Shown piece after piece: positions 37,018-50,429 of a stretch of DNA of 64,000 nucleotides; position 1 is the stretch's first letter, and the number at the start of each line of letters is the position of its first letter. Source of the DNA: Felis catus (Eukaryota); NCBI RefSeq assembly GCF_018350175.1, contig NC_058368.1:185196001-185260000 (forward strand), given 5' to 3'. The notes under the pieces were generated by a model, which was not told the origin of the DNA, searched no databases, and saw only the letters and a list, made by a program, of their open reading frames with translations. Both the position numbers and the translations under genes were made by a program.

Positions 37018-37789
37018 TATTTCCACTGCTTTAAATGTCATTTAAGTACTCTTTTTTTCTGTTTTTGGCATATGATTATATGATCCCAGAGATCAAATTC
37101 TTTTCTGTATGTGTATGGTATTACTGGAGAGCAGATATAAACTATTCATTTGATGTATGTATTGTGTTACCATTAGGGGAAAAAACACCTTTAGAAGGAG
37201 GCTTTTTTCTTTGCCGTATCGATCTACGAGTAAGCAGTTGTTTTGTTTCTGGGATTTTATTGACAACTCTGTGTCTTCTTTCCATTTAATTTTATTTGCC
37301 ATTATGGCCCACTAAGTAATTAACTCTGCATTTTGGAAAATTTAGAGGCTAAAGAGAGCTATTTGAGAACACTGTTGAATGGCTTTTTTATTCATAATAT
37401 CTCAAGCTGTGTTAAGCTTTATCACAGACTTTTAAAATGTGAGATCCACTTGTGTATTTGTGTCTGGATGGAAATTATGTCTGAGAGAAAAACAAAATTA
37501 TCTGTAAGAGATTGAGAAATCAAGCAATGTGAAAAACAAAACAACAAAGCAAAGAAGCAACCCCCAAAGCTACAATCTTTCCATTTTATTTATATCAAAA
37601 TAACACAAATATTTACATGCATTTTCAAAGGAGAAATTCATTTGCAGTTGTACGTTAGGTTTAATTTGTGGACAATCAAGTTCCTCAAGAGACTCTTCTC
37701 AAACTGAATTCTCTTCCCAGGCAATCTCAGTTATCAAATACATGTGACTTTCCCAGAGTTAGCTGACTAGTAAGCCACTGACTATTCAA

Positions 37790-38840
37790 ACTGCTTTCTC
37801 AGAATCTCCACTTGGAGGTCTCAAAGGCACATTCAAAGTAAAATAATCTTCTGTTATCTAAATTTCTCCTTCCTTGATATTCATCCCAAAATATATCAAA
37901 ATATAACTATATAACATATACATAAGGTATGATATATATAGGAGTATATATATAAGGTATATAACTATATAACATATAAGGATATATCTCACCATTTCTA
38001 TGGTCCAGGCATTTTATATTAGTTACTGAAGTATAGCAATAAACAAGACACGTGTCTCCCTTTATGGGACTCCAATAAGCAAATGCCAGATGTAGAAGTA
38101 GAAATATCTTCATGGGTACTCCTTCTCTCTTATTTAATGTCATGTTTTGCCAATTTTATATCAGTTCATCTACTTTTTAACTCTGTCTGTCTAGTCCAGG
38201 GTACCATTTTGCTCCATTATGCTACTTATGGCCTCAAGGGTACTTCTCACACATCCTCTTCACTTTTCTAGAATAATCTCTGCAAGATAGGTGTAGTAGT
38301 CTTTCCAAAACACACATCATTTTCCTGCCACACACATATCCCCTTCTTAAAATCTTTCAATGGCTTTTCATTGCTCTTATTCTAAGGATGAAAGGCTTTA
38401 ATGTGGCCCTTAAAGTCTGAGTGATCTGTCCCTACTTGGCTTTTTTGCCTTTCCTCCTGCTCCTCTCTTCCTCTTTCTTCCTCCTTTTTTCTTCTTTCTT
38501 TCTTCCTTATTTCTTCTTCTCCTCACCCCACCCATATTTGCTTTTTATAAGTTACTGAGAGTATTTCTTAGTACACTCTTACTTTTGTTCCTCATTGCAA
38601 ACCTCATTTTTTTCTGTGAAGCTTTCTTTAATCTCTTAGACAAGACCAAATCATCATTAGATAGTTACTACTTCCTGAACTTCATAAAACATGCTCCATA
38701 TATTTGTATACTTTAGTTAATATTTTCCCCCCATCTACAAGTTTCATAATGACAGAGATTTCAGTCTGTCATTTCAACTTTGTATCTTTTACAACTAGAA
38801 CAATGCCTAGTACATAGCAGATGCACAGTAGATAAATATT
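37790..38840 (+). mobile_element. Fragmented L2
   Basis: ATCTCCACTTGGAGGTCTCAAAGGCAC, CTTAAAATCTTTCAATGGCT, CTAGAACAATGCCTAGTACATAGCAGATGC. Confidence 0.65.
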
Positions 38841-38879
38841 CACTCTCAAGTAGCATGTTGTGGACACATATCAGGATCT

Positions 38880-39282
38880 GTAGCAGATTCTGTCAGTCAT
38901 ATCCCCTCAGCCTACTCTAGGACTACTGTACAACTTTCCATTTTATGCCTGCAGCCTTCTGTGCTTCTTTGTCCAAGGGCTTTCCCTGGCTGCAGGAGTA
39001 TGGCAACCACTGGGAAGGCCATAAAGACTAGGGAGTTAATGTTCCTGGAGTGACTTTCAAACCGTGAGGGATGGGAATCCCTATGTATGTTCCACAAAGA
39101 CTCTGAGAGTCTTCAGTCAGATTAATACCCAGTTGCCTACAGCAGTAACTTGCCCATGTATGCACCCTGTATTAACATTTCCTCTCTCAATTTTCTACTC
39201 CTTTACAGTACTTCCTGGTATCACTTCCCAAATAAAGTACTTATACCCCTACGACTGTATATGGAGAAACCCAAACTGAGAG
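38880..39282 (+). mobile_element. ERVL solo LTR (LTR16-like)
   Basis: TGTAGCAGATTCTGTCAGTCATATCCCCTCAGCC start; CACTTCCCAAATAAAGTACTT..GAAACCCAAACTGAGA end. Confidence 0.7.
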
Positions 39283-39419
39283 AGTGCCAGAGTCCTGCAG
39301 ACCTCTAGGGGCACTATTGCAGTGGCACTATTCCCATTGTAATCTGTCTTTCAACAGGTGCCATTTACATTAGAATATATAAATGACAACTATGGAAGAA
39401 ATATTTAAGGAAAGGTCTT

Positions 39420-39678
39420 TGATAATAATTAAGGGCCTCCTGCCTGCTATAGGCAAATGCTATTTTTGAATGGAGCAGCAAAGAATGGTGCATATTTTAT
39501 GTGTTTTTTTCTGGGTACTTCATTGTCCCATTAGACTTCACTTACCAAACACAAATTCAGAGAGAAATTATTAACATTTTGAAACAGAGATTGCAGAGAA
39601 TTAAGCCAAGTGTGATGTCCTTTTAAGTGCAAGGCCCTGTACACCTGCACAGTTTACAAGCCCATGAAGTTGGCCCTG
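39420..39678 (-). mobile_element. MER45-like hAT-Tip100 element
   Basis: Reverse complement begins CAGGGCCAACTTCATGGGC..TGTGCAGGTGTACAGGGCC and contains GTAAGTGAAGTCTAATGGGACAATG. Confidence 0.8.
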
Positions 39679-40377
39679 CGAGTGAGGGTGTGGAATACTC
39701 CGTCTCAATCTCAGCCACCTGCTCACCACTAGAGTTTTTAGTCATAATCAAAACATAATGACTCAGGATAGAAAAATGGGTGATTCTTCAGAACAAGGGA
39801 AGAATGGACTTTGGGAAGACCAATGCAACTGTTACTTAATGGAAGAATAGAAGACCAGAGAGAATTGTCTATGAGGTCTTCATCCACAAAATCCCAAAGG
39901 ATTGTCCAGCCCAAGGATAAGTGGGAAGTTTTCTTTTTTTTCCTGAAAAAAATACCTTTTTGTTCCTTGTTTTGCTTTATGCAAAACTTCTACAAGGAAG
40001 GAAAGAATATAACCTTTTTACAGATTATTTTCAGAACCTGTGCTATCCAGTACTTGTGAATAATGTGAAGTAGGTTATCTGGTGATTATCTGTAAATGGA
40101 AATTGCTGTAGATGTAATGTGAGACTCCAAAGGAAATTATCTTCAGAATGTTCCTGGTGCTGCTGGGTGGTATGGAATATTGATTTCATGTGCATGAGTT
40201 GTTTTACCACATGATGACGTGGATGTTTTTCTGTTATCTGTCAAGACAAGAATGCCAGAAAATGCAGTCTGCTTATTTATAGCCTTCATAATAATACAAA
40301 GAATATTGTATGAAACAATGCATGCTTATCAAATATTTTCTAATGTATATTTGCATTATTGCATGATTACTATTTCT

Positions 40378-40583
40378 TAAAAAAATTTTTTTAATGTTTT
40401 TATTTATTTTTGAGAGAGAGAGACAGAGCACAAGTGGGGGAGGGACAGAGAAGGAGAAGGAGACACAGAATCTGAAGCAGGCTCCGGGCTCTGTGCCTGA
40501 TATGGGGCCGGAACTTGTAAACCGCGAGATCATGACCTGAGCCAAAGTCGCGTGCTTTAACCGACTGAGCCACCCAGGTGCCC
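40378..40583 (-). mobile_element. Felid CanSINE
   Basis: TSD TGCATGATTACTATTTCT (40360-40377) / TGCATGATTACGATTTCT (40584-40601). Confidence 0.95.
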
Positions 40584-40864
40584 TGCATGATTACGATTTC
40601 TGAATCTTTACTCACAGGTGTGGTATTTTCCAGATTTCAGAGGCTGTGGTGTGATATTCATTTGGACATGTTTCTTTTTAAATTGCATCCTGTTATTCTG
40701 AGTATTGCCAGGTCTTTACTGTTCAGGGCTCAATTTTGCAACCTTGTATCTGAGGACTTACCTGACTTTTGGAGGGACGTCATTTTGGGAAGGTCAAAAG
40801 ATCCCAGGACTCCCTTACTGTATCTAAGGAAAAAGAGTTCAGTCAGAAACAAGTTTGGCAGCCC

Positions 40865-41245
40865 TGGCCTCCTTGTAGTTCCTCACCCCAGCATTTTGCC
40901 TTGTTCTTCCCTTGGTTCTTTCCCCACGTATGCACATGGCTTACAACTCACCTCTCGAGATCTTTACTCAGATGTTACCATCTTGGTGAGGGTTTCTCTG
41001 ACTCTAGTATTTGAAATTGAAATTCTCTTCCCACTGTGGCATTTCTGTGCCCCTTCACTGTTTATTTTTCTCCAAAGCACTTACCATCATCTGCACAGAA
41101 TATATATTACTAATTTTTATGTGTCTGTCTCTGGACACTAGAATGTAAATCCAGGAGAACAAGGGCTTCTTCTATATTATATGCCACTGTATCTTCAGCA
41201 TCTAGAATAGTCTCTGGCATATATTATGTCTAATATTTGTTAATG
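40865..41245 (+). mobile_element. L2 3' fragment
   Basis: TTTACTCAGATGTTACC, TTTATTTTTCTCCAAAGCACTTACCA, CACTAGAATGTAA, CTAGAATAGTCTCTGGCAT. Confidence 0.8.
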
Positions 41246-41879
41246 ATCATGCCATTGAATTTGAATAAAGAATGTGGCAGCCCATGAGGGGCCATGGACC
41301 ACACCAGTTTTCAGAATAACTGCCTGATAACATACCAATTTATTAGTACATTGAAAATATTTTTCTGAGGCTTCTTGTATTTGAATATTTTCCTCTTTAG
41401 ATTTTGCAAGACCTTCCTATCATTGAAGGTAATCTGATCAGTTACTCTCATGTGGGACTGCCAGTGTACATGTTGGTCTTTTCTGGGTCACAGTACATTT
41501 TTATAATGAAATTAGGACTGAATGGGTCAGAGTCTGTTGAAAATAAAAGTAGATTAAAAGATTGAGTTGTAACAGAACAGAATATTCCTAGTCACTAAAA
41601 TAATCATACTTCTCCTTTAATTCAACTTTAATACAACTTTAGCTTTAACTTAATAAGTTCAATTCACTTTCTGATGGTTTTTATTCTTCAGCATATCTTC
41701 AAATGACGAAGGTGGTATAGGTTGAAATCAATTGAACCTTGCAGAGCTGGGTTTAGAATAATAAAGCTGCTGTAAAAGGCAGCAATGGGTTAGCTAAGGA
41801 TCGTTCATGAAGTAAAGCAGCAGGTTGGGGGGTGATTTCTACCAGTAACTAACGGATACCTGGAGCATTTACTCTATAG

Positions 41880-42070
41880 TAAATACCTTGATAAGTGTTA
41901 TTCAAGTATACACATGTATTTTGTCAGTTAATCCACAGAACAATCTATGATATTGTTATTCTCATTTTACTAATGAGAAGCTGAGGTTCATGGAGGTTAA
42001 ATTGCTTACAGTCAAACAGCTAGTAATTACTGGCTCTTACATTCAAAGCTCATGCTGTAACCACTATCTG
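41880..42070 (-). mobile_element. MIR
   Basis: CATTTTACTAATGAGAAGCTGAGGTTCATGGAGGTTAAATTGCTT. Confidence 0.75.
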
Positions 42071-42757
42071 TTGGACTGCCTTGGGGAATTTAAATTTCTT
42101 AGCCACCTAAAAAAATGGAATTCATTGATTTTTAATTCTCCAGTTAGGTCATTGCCAGCCATCTATTTTTACATTTATTTAGCGCTTTGTACTTTTCAAA
42201 ATATTTCCACATTCGGTCTTTTTCTCTCCATCTCTTTCTATCTTTCTCTGTGTGTGTGTCTGTCTGTCTATTTGCATCTCTCTCTCTCTTTTTTTTTTTT
42301 TTTTGGCTCGAAGCTACTTGTTTGTTTTTGATGATCGAAAAGACCAGTGCATAATTGCTCTCTGGAACGAATGGATAAATGGATACTTCTCAGGTCTCTT
42401 TTCTCTTGACTGTAAATTGGTTGAAATGAGACAGCATTACTTTATTAATAAAAATTTGTGGTAATTGGGACAGGAACTAGCCTATGTTAAAATGAAAAAA
42501 TACCTTTTGATATGCAAATGATTTTTTCTTAGGAAAATTAATCATCTACATTTGCTTTCAGGAGAATATTTAAATGACATTAGGCAGTGTTCAAGGCCCT
42601 TGAAGGCCTTTGCATACTTAGTTCTAAAAGCATGCCATTAAACAACTGAATAGGTCCTCAATGAGCATTTGGTTTGAATACTTCAGTTTGCAGATCTGAA
42701 AACTGAAGCACAGAAAGCTGACTTCTGCAAGGTCGTAGTTAAAAAGTCGCTGAGTGA

Positions 42758-42982
42758 GGGGCACCTGGGTGGCTCAGTTGCTTAAGATTCTGACCTCGGC
42801 TTAGGTCATGATCTCTCGTGGTTCATGATTTCAAGCCCTGGATTGGTTCTGTGCTGACTGCTCCAAGTCTGGAACCCGCTTCACATTCTGTGTCTCCCTG
42901 TGGCTCTCAGCCCCTCCCCCACTTGCACTTCATCTCTGTCTCTGTCTCTCTCTCTCTTTCTCAAAAATAAATAAACATAAAA
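42758..42982 (+). mobile_element. Felid CanSINE inserted in a MIR (about 42685-43040)
   Basis: Canonical head and tail; partial TSD GCTGAGTGAG; MIR core CAGATCTGAAAACTGAAGCACAGA before and GATTTGAACCCAGATCTG after. Confidence 0.94.
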
Positions 42983-43083
42983 GGGGGGCTGCTGAGTGAG
43001 ATTTGAACCCAGATCTGCTGCTTTCTTGTCTAGAGATCATGCCTCCAAATTACATGGACATAAAATACTGGCAAACCCAAATA

Positions 43084-43400
43084 CAGTTGACCTTTGAACA
43101 ACACAGGTTTGAACTGCATGGGTCCACTTATGCAGATTTTTTTAAATACAGTACAGTATTATAAATGTACTTTTTCTTATGATTTTCTTAATAACATTTT
43201 CTTTCCTCTATTTTACTTTTTGGTAAGAATAAAGTATACAGTACATATAACATACAAAGTGTGTGCTATTGTCTGTTGATGTTATCAGGAATGCTTCCAG
43301 CCAACAGGTTATTAGTAGTCAAGTTTTGGGGGAGTCAGAAGTTATACGTGGATTTTCAACTGTGTGTGTGGGGTCAGCACCCCTAATCCCTGAATTATTC
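43084..43400 (+). mobile_element. Tigger2a-like element, right TIR truncated
   Basis: TA|CAGTTGACCTTTGAACAACACAGGTTTGAACTGCATGGGTCCACTTATGCAGATTTT. Confidence 0.88.
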
Positions 43401-43650
43401 TACAAAGTAGCTGAATTGGATTATTTCACCTGATTCTAAAAATTACTGTTGTATTTCTCTTATTATCTCTATAATACAGAACTTTCCCTTATTTGCATGG
43501 TACTCTGTCCTTGTTTTAGTTGACAATGTGGGGATTTAGGTTACTGCCTCTACTGCCTTAACCCTATGCTGCTATGGCTATTACTATTACTACTATTAAA
43601 AATTACCTTTATTGAGTGCCTACTGTGTACTAGGCACTATGATGAATATA

Positions 43651-44373
43651 TGTTTATCAGTCAGGTCAGTCAGGAAAACATACCATTGTGTAATTTTGAG
43701 AAGAAAGGAATTTAATACAGGGGATTAGGTGCTTATAAAATCATTAAATCAGCTCAAAGAGTGAATGAAGATGAAGAAAAGCTGTCATTAACTTTTTTTT
43801 TTTTTCCAACGTTTATTTTTTATTTTTATTTTTGGGACAGAGAGAGACAGAGCATGAACGGGGGAGGGGCAGAGAGAGAGGGAGACACAGAATCGGAAAC
43901 AGGCTCCAGGCTCCGAGCCCTCAGCCCAGAGCCCGACGCGGGGCTCGAACTCAGGGACCGCGAGATCGTGACCTGGCTGAAGTCGGACGCTTAACCGACT
44001 GCGCCACCCAGGCGCCCCGACTTTCTATTTGCTATAGATTTTTAGAGGATCAGGAAGTTGCTGCTTTTGCCATGTTAGGAAAACACAGAAAACTTGTAGT
44101 GTGAAGAAGGTAAGTAACTCAGGGCAAAATACCCAGAGGCCATTGCAAAACTTCATGTCTGCCAAAGCTCACATGATTGCCTATTGTGCCAGAGGGAAGT
44201 CATAAGCTTCTGGCTGTATTCTGTCTTGGAAAACTCCCCCAAATTGGTAAAACCTAAACTATACCTAGAATCATTTGGCCATTGACAAAACAGTCTGAGA
44301 AAGGTAGTTCCTAAGCTTCTAGTTTCTGCTATAAAGGGGCAAAAAGGCTGCCAAATCTCTACAGCCAACATAC
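43651..44373. mobile_element. Old ERVL-class LTR remnant inside a MIR, interrupted by a SINE
   Basis: TGTTTATCAGTCAGG..GGAATTTAATACAGGGGATT start; CAGCCAACATACA end; MIR pieces on both sides. Confidence 0.5.
43793..44018 (-). mobile_element. Young felid CanSINE (SINEC_Fc)
   Basis: Very CpG-rich body ending GCGCCACCCAGGCGCCCC; only a 5-bp ACTTT candidate TSD. Confidence 0.97.
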
Positions 44374-44609
44374 AGCAGGGTTTTTAATGTGTCTATTAAT
44401 CCTACAAGAATGACAGATGAGGAAACCTGAAACTTAGACATTTTAAGGAACTTATATAAGCAGCTTCTGGATTGTATAATAGGCTGGCTGACACATGTTT
44501 AGTAAAACACAGATGCCCCCTGAAAGATAAAAAATCATGAAATTATTTTTATTTGATATTTCAAACAGATGTATTTAGGTAGTACTCATGGGACACACAC
44601 TAGGGAATT

Positions 44610-44690
44610 ATATATAATATATATAGTATGTATATATATTATATGTATATATATATTATATGTATATATATTTATATGTTTAATATATAC
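44610..44690. repeat. TA-rich low-complexity repeat
   Basis: ATGTATATATATATTAT-like units. Confidence 0.85.
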
Positions 44691-47071
44691 ATTTTTTTAA
44701 CTTCCAATCTATAAAAATGGTGAGATGATTGTGAGAAGAGCGTGGGAAGAACACCAGGGATTTTAATATATATATTATATATTTACTTATAATTGTTAAC
44801 AATGTATTTTAAAATGTCGTCTTCTTTTTTTAACTATAAAAGTGATAAGGTTATAGTGAGAGGAACATTGTGCCTAAAATCAGATAGCTAGTCAGTGGGA
44901 GAAGCAGGATTTAAAGTCTACAAGTCTGATTCCAGTGCCTGCCTCTTAACCATTAAATCAACTGTGTTGAGTCATGGAAGGGAACTCCATTTAGTATGAT
45001 TCTTCTTTAATTAGCATTCACTTTCATAGCTACTCTTTTGCTTATCTTGGATCTGAGAAATATATTGTACTTACTGTCACCCTGTTTTTGGAGGAAAAGA
45101 ATAAAGGTTGTAGAGTATATTAAACCTATTTCTTTAAGCTGGAACGCAAACAGTCAAGTCTTGTGCTCTATAAGGAAATAAAGATCTGAAAGTAAATAGT
45201 CTTGACTTTTAGGGTAAAGTGGAATGGAGAAAACACAGATGAGGATAGGGGAATGCAGGTTTCATATGATCTAAGCAGTGGCAGACACACAGGTTCAAAG
45301 AGCAGAAGCAGAGAAGGCTTCACCTTTTTATGGAAAAGGGTGTTGAGCATTGAGAGAGCAGGAAGCACCATTCAAATCTAATTTCAACCACCCTTGTCCC
45401 TTCTGGAAAAGAGCTCCCCCTCTGGGGTATGTTGAACAAATGTGAAATACAGAATTTGAATTAGGTATTTACAGAGATCTTCCTGCTCTGAAATTCAACT
45501 TTCGAGGTTTGCGAAGCATTAACATAATACAAAGTTTACTCTTGCTTGCCATCAATTGCTGACATTTTCCTTCTGCCTTTGAGGTTTTGAAAGTTTAATA
45601 AGTTTGAAATTCATGGGCAAATGATGCAATTTTGGAGTAACTAATTTCAGCACAGATTTTTCCCGTTTCTAAGTATATTTTAGTGAGGCAGAATTTTCAT
45701 TTTTAAACATTTCTGTATCTGTTGCTTATATTTTTAGTCCCAGGAGACAACTCTCAAGTTATTTAAAGGACAAGATTTTTACAGATAATTGCTAAATTTG
45801 CAAGTTTATTGGATGCATATCAGCCTCAGACCAAAGAAAACTAATTAAAATCTAAGTTGGAAAAATAGCTGTGTCTGCTCATTATCTGATTATTTTCAAG
45901 TTCAAAGCTGAACTTTTATTTAAATTGAACTGCTTTTGTGTTTTTCTCCATTTTAGTTTTAAAACTGATAGGATAGAAAACCTAACCATTTTAACCATCT
46001 CCCATTGAGGTGATTAATTCTAGGTATAACTTAGTCTCATCCAAATTAAATTAATATACTAGAAGAAATGGATCACTTTTTTGTTGATTACTTTTAATTG
46101 GTTTCAGTTTAATAAGCAAACATTACTTTAATGAAGTTTTTGAGTTTTATTATGGTATAAGATTGTTTACTCCAGTTCCAGTATTAACTTGTCACCTTAG
46201 GGCATAGCTACTTTATATTCGTGCATGTTGTCTTTCAGAGAAGGAATTATAAGTTTACTCTTAGTGCCTCTTATCTTGAGTAAAGGATGCAAGGGCTACT
46301 ATGTAGATGACTATTTTAAACTCTGTTTAGTGATAACGTGTTGTGATAGAGAAGCACTGTCTGTCAGGAGAGAGGGAGCCAAAGAGAGTTTTGGGAAGGG
46401 AATGGCTGTAAGAAGGAACAAACAGCCGCTATTCACTGTCACTGCGTTACACGTTGGAGAAAGCATGGCCCTGGAGGTTCTCGAGTCAACTGAGGCACTA
46501 GCTACACATATTTTATAGGACAAGACACCTCATCTCCCATGCTCAGATCTTCCTCATGTCAGAGATGAGGGGCTGACCTTGGTGATTTCACCAGCTCTGA
46601 GATTCCATGATCCCATTTTGTTCCATTACTGTGAAAATTGACCTTAGTCCATTCAGTCCTTGGTAGTTCATTTCAGGCCCATCAGTTTGAATGTTTGGGT
46701 AAGAAAAATAAGAAAGTGCCTTCCCAGGAATTGAGGGAGAATCATTTAAGGACACAATCTTATTCTTTAATAATACCAATTCATCCACTTCAGGAAGGTC
46801 AGATTGGTTTGCCCTAAAACACTGCTTGAGTCATTTATTTTTTTCAGAAGTTCTACCTTTTGGAATTGGCTAAAAAGTTGCTTTATTCTTATAATATTCT
46901 AATATATTGAGAATCAATATTTATCTTTCCCATGCCTTAAGTTTCAGGTTAGCTGAATATTTGGAGGTATATATTCAGGGGATGCTATTTATCGTTCTAA
47001 AAAGTTCATAAAGGTCAAAATATTTAATTGTCTTTCCTACATTCTTCGAATTCTTTTTGGTTCTTGTGACA

Positions 47072-47415
47072 TTTATTTTTAGTAAACTTTAGAATTGTAG
47101 AATAGTTTTAGATTTACACAAAAGTTGTGAAGATAGTGTAGAGTTTTCACATAGCCCATACCTGGTTTCCTCTATTCTTAATAACTTAAAATAATATGAT
47201 ATATTAGCCCAATTGGTAAACCAACATTAATGTATTCTTACCAGTTGAAGACCAAGTTTTACTCAGATTTCCTTAGTTTTTGCCTAATGTCTTCTTTCTG
47301 TTCCAGGATCTCATCAAGAATACCACGTTACATTTAATTGCCATGTTTCCTTAGGCACTTCTTGGTTGTGACAGCTTCTCAGACTTTACTTGTTTTTGAT
47401 GACCTTGATAGTTTT
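47072..47415 (-). mobile_element. Old L1 3' end (L1MC-like)
   Basis: TAGAATAGTTTTAGATTTACAC..CTAATGTCTTCTTTCTGTTCCAGGATCTCATCAAGAATACCACGTTACATTTA. Confidence 0.85.
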
Positions 47416-48838
47416 CTTTTCTTTTATTATATATATAATATATATAATATAATATTTATAGTTGACATACAATATTACATTAGTTTCAGGTATACAACTT
47501 AGTGATGTGCCAAGTTTATACATTATGCTATACTCATCACAAGTATAGCTACCACCTGTACCCATACATTGCTGTTATAATATCAATGACTGTATTCCTT
47601 ATGCTCTGCTTTTTATTCCTGTGACTTACTCATTCCATAACTGGAGGCCTGTGTCTCCCTTTCCCCTGCTCCCATTTTGCCCAATCCCTCACTCACCTCC
47701 CCTTTGGCAACCATCAGTTATTTTCTGTATTTATATTTCTGATTCTGCTTTTTGTTTGTTTATTCATTTTTCTATTCCATTTATGAGTAGAATCATATGG
47801 TATTTGTCTTTCTCAGTCTGACTTATTTCATTTGGCTTAATATCTTCTAGGTCCATCTATATTGTCTCAAATGACATGATTTAATTCTTTTTAATGTCTG
47901 TATAATATTCCATTGTATATTTATACCATATTCATTTATCCATTTGTCTATTGGTGGACACTTAGGTTGTTCCATATCTTGGCTGTTGTAAATAATGATA
48001 TAGTAAACATAGGGTGCACGTATCTTTTTGAGTTAGTATTTTCACTTTCCCTGGGTAAATACCCAATAGTGGAATTATTGGATCATATGATAATTGTATT
48101 TTTGATTTTTTTTTTGAGGAACCTCCATACATTCCCATCAATGGTATACCAGGGTTCCCTTTTTCTCCATGTGCTCGCCAATACTTGTTGTTTCTTGTCT
48201 TCTTGATTTTAGCCAACCTAATAGGTGTGAGGTGATATCTCATTATGGTTTTGATTTGCATTTTCCTGAGATAATGAGTGATGTTGAGCATCTTTTCATA
48301 TGTCTGTTGGTCATCTGCATGTCTCCTTTGGAAAAATGTCTATTCAGGTCCTCCGCCCATTTTGTATTAAGATTGGTTTTTTGGTGTTGAGTTGTTCAAG
48401 CTCTTCATATGTTTTAGATATTAGTCCCTTCTCAGATATATCATTTGTAAATATCTTCTCCCATGTAGTAGGTTGTCTTTTGCTTTCTTGATCATTTCCT
48501 TTGCTGTGCAAAAGCTTTTAATTTCGATGTGCTCCCAATAGTTTATTTTTGCTTTTGTTTCCCTTGCTTAGGAGACATATCTAGAAAAATGTTGCTGAAA
48601 TTATTGTATGTGCTCTCTTCAAGGCTTTTTATGGTTTCAGTCTCTCATTTAGGTCTTTAATCCATTTTGAATTTATTTTTTTGTATGGTGAAACCCAGTT
48701 TCATTTTTTTGCATGTGGCTGTCCAATTTTCCCAGCACCATTTGTTGAAGAGATTGTCTTTTGCCCATTGTATATTTATTCCTACAATGTCAAAATTAAT
48801 TGAGCATATAATTATGGGTTTATTTCTGGGTTTTCTGA
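47416..48838 (-). mobile_element. L1 3'UTR + disrupted ORF2 C-terminal part (carnivore / late L1MA-like)
   Basis: ORF 47962-48291(-) [40 protein letters not shown] is ORF2-like. Confidence 0.93.
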
Positions 48839-49720
48839 GCCACTATGTGTTTTTTGATTGGAGCATTTGATCCATTTGCTCTTCAAATAATTATTGATAA
48901 TTAAAGACTGACTTTGGCATCTTGTTAATTGTTTTCTTGTTGTTTTGTAGTTGCTCTGTTCCATTATTTCTTTGTGAAATGATGATTTCCTGTAGAGGTA
49001 TACTTTGATTTTTTTGTCTTCTCTTCCTATATTTCATGGAAGCTTTTGTTCTGTGGCTTAGTTGAAATATAGAGACAACAGTCTACTTTAAACTAAAACA
49101 GCTAATTTAAATTACATATACAAAGCCTAGGTTTTTATTCCCCTCCACAGTTTATGTTTTTGATGCAGTACTTTATATCTCTTTGCATTGCACATCCATT
49201 AACAAATTATTGTGGCTCTAGCTGTTTTCACTTTGACCCTCAACTTTTATGTTAGAGTTAAGGGGTTAATACACCACCATATTACATTATTAGAGTATTC
49301 TGAATTACTATATACTTGGTTTTACCAGTGGTTTTTTTTCCCCCATATGTTTTTATGTTATTAGTTAGCATCTTTTCACCTCAGCTTAAAGAATTTATTT
49401 CAGCATTTCTTGTAAGGCAGATGAATTAGTGATGACTCCTTCTGCTTTTGTTTGTTTAGGGAAGTATTTTTCTCACCTTTGTTTCTGAAGGACCACTTTG
49501 CCGGACAAAGTACTTTTGGTTGGCATTTTTTTTCTTTCACCACTTAGAATATATTATCCCTTTCCCTGTTAGTATGCAAGGGCTCTGCTGAGAAATCTGC
49601 CAGTAATCTTATGGGGGTTTCCTAGTTTGAAATAAAGTTGCTTTCTCTTGATGCTTTTAAAATTCTCTCTTTGTCTTTGATTTAGACAATTTTATTTTAA
49701 TGTGTCTTGAAGAAGATATT
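48839..49720 (-). mobile_element. L1 ORF1 C-terminus, inter-ORF spacer and ORF2 start
   Basis: Antisense ORF2 start TTTGATTGGAGCATTTGATCCATTT..AATTATTGAT; antisense ORF1 TCTGCTGAGAAATCTGC..TTTCTCTTGATGCTTTTAAAATTCTCTCTTTGTCTTTGA. Confidence 0.85.
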
Positions 49721-50039
49721 GTTCTTTACTTTGAATATATCTCCTAGGGTGTCACTTCCTGTGTTGCACTATAAAGATTTGTTTACATATTTTTCTTACT
49801 CCCTGGTCGGGTCTAAGTACTGCTTGAGCTGAAATTAAGTTGTCATCTTTCTAGTGTCTAGTAGGATGCTTGTGATATAGTTAGTGCTATTCAAATGATT
49901 GAATCAGTGAATCTTTAAATCTATGGGAGCAGAATAGCATTGTCATATTGTAACCAGGCTTACATAGTTGGGTTGCCTTCAAATAGAAAGTTAAGCTGCC
50001 TTTTGAGTGTTTACGTGTAACATTTGACCTGGTACATAA

Positions 50040-50275
50040 TGTAATGTCCAAGAGTAGAATCCTAGTAATGAATCTTGGCTCTATCACTTACAACTTGTAT
50101 GACCTTGGGAAGATTATTTAACTTCTTTATTCCTCCTCAGTTTCCTCTTCTGCAAAATGTGCGTAATAAAATCAAGTTCATAACATTCCTGTGGGTTGAA
50201 TAGGAACATACCTGTAAAAGGACATGGCATAAGGCCTTGGACACACTACTTTGAAAAGGTGGGCACTACTGCTAT
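50040..50275 (+). mobile_element. MIR
   Basis: GAATCTTGGCTCTATCACTTAC..TGTATGACCTTGGGAAGATTATTTAAC..CCTCAGTTTCCTCTTCTGCAAAATG. Confidence 0.85.
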
Positions 50276-50360
50276 TAAATTATCTTCATTGAATTTTACT
50301 ATTAATTGGCATATTTAAAATATTGCTTTTCATTTTCTTTTCCCTACACCAGAATATTTT

Positions 50361-50373
50361 TTAAATGTTTATT

Positions 50374-50429
<56 letters not shown>

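Noticed and set aside
40578..41141. Longest ORF (187 aa)
   Set aside because: It starts at a GTG inside a SINE end, runs into an L2 remnant, and shows no recognisable domain.
46225..46518. 97-aa ORF with hydrophobic N-terminus
   Set aside because: No recognisable homology or supporting gene structure; the length is compatible with chance.
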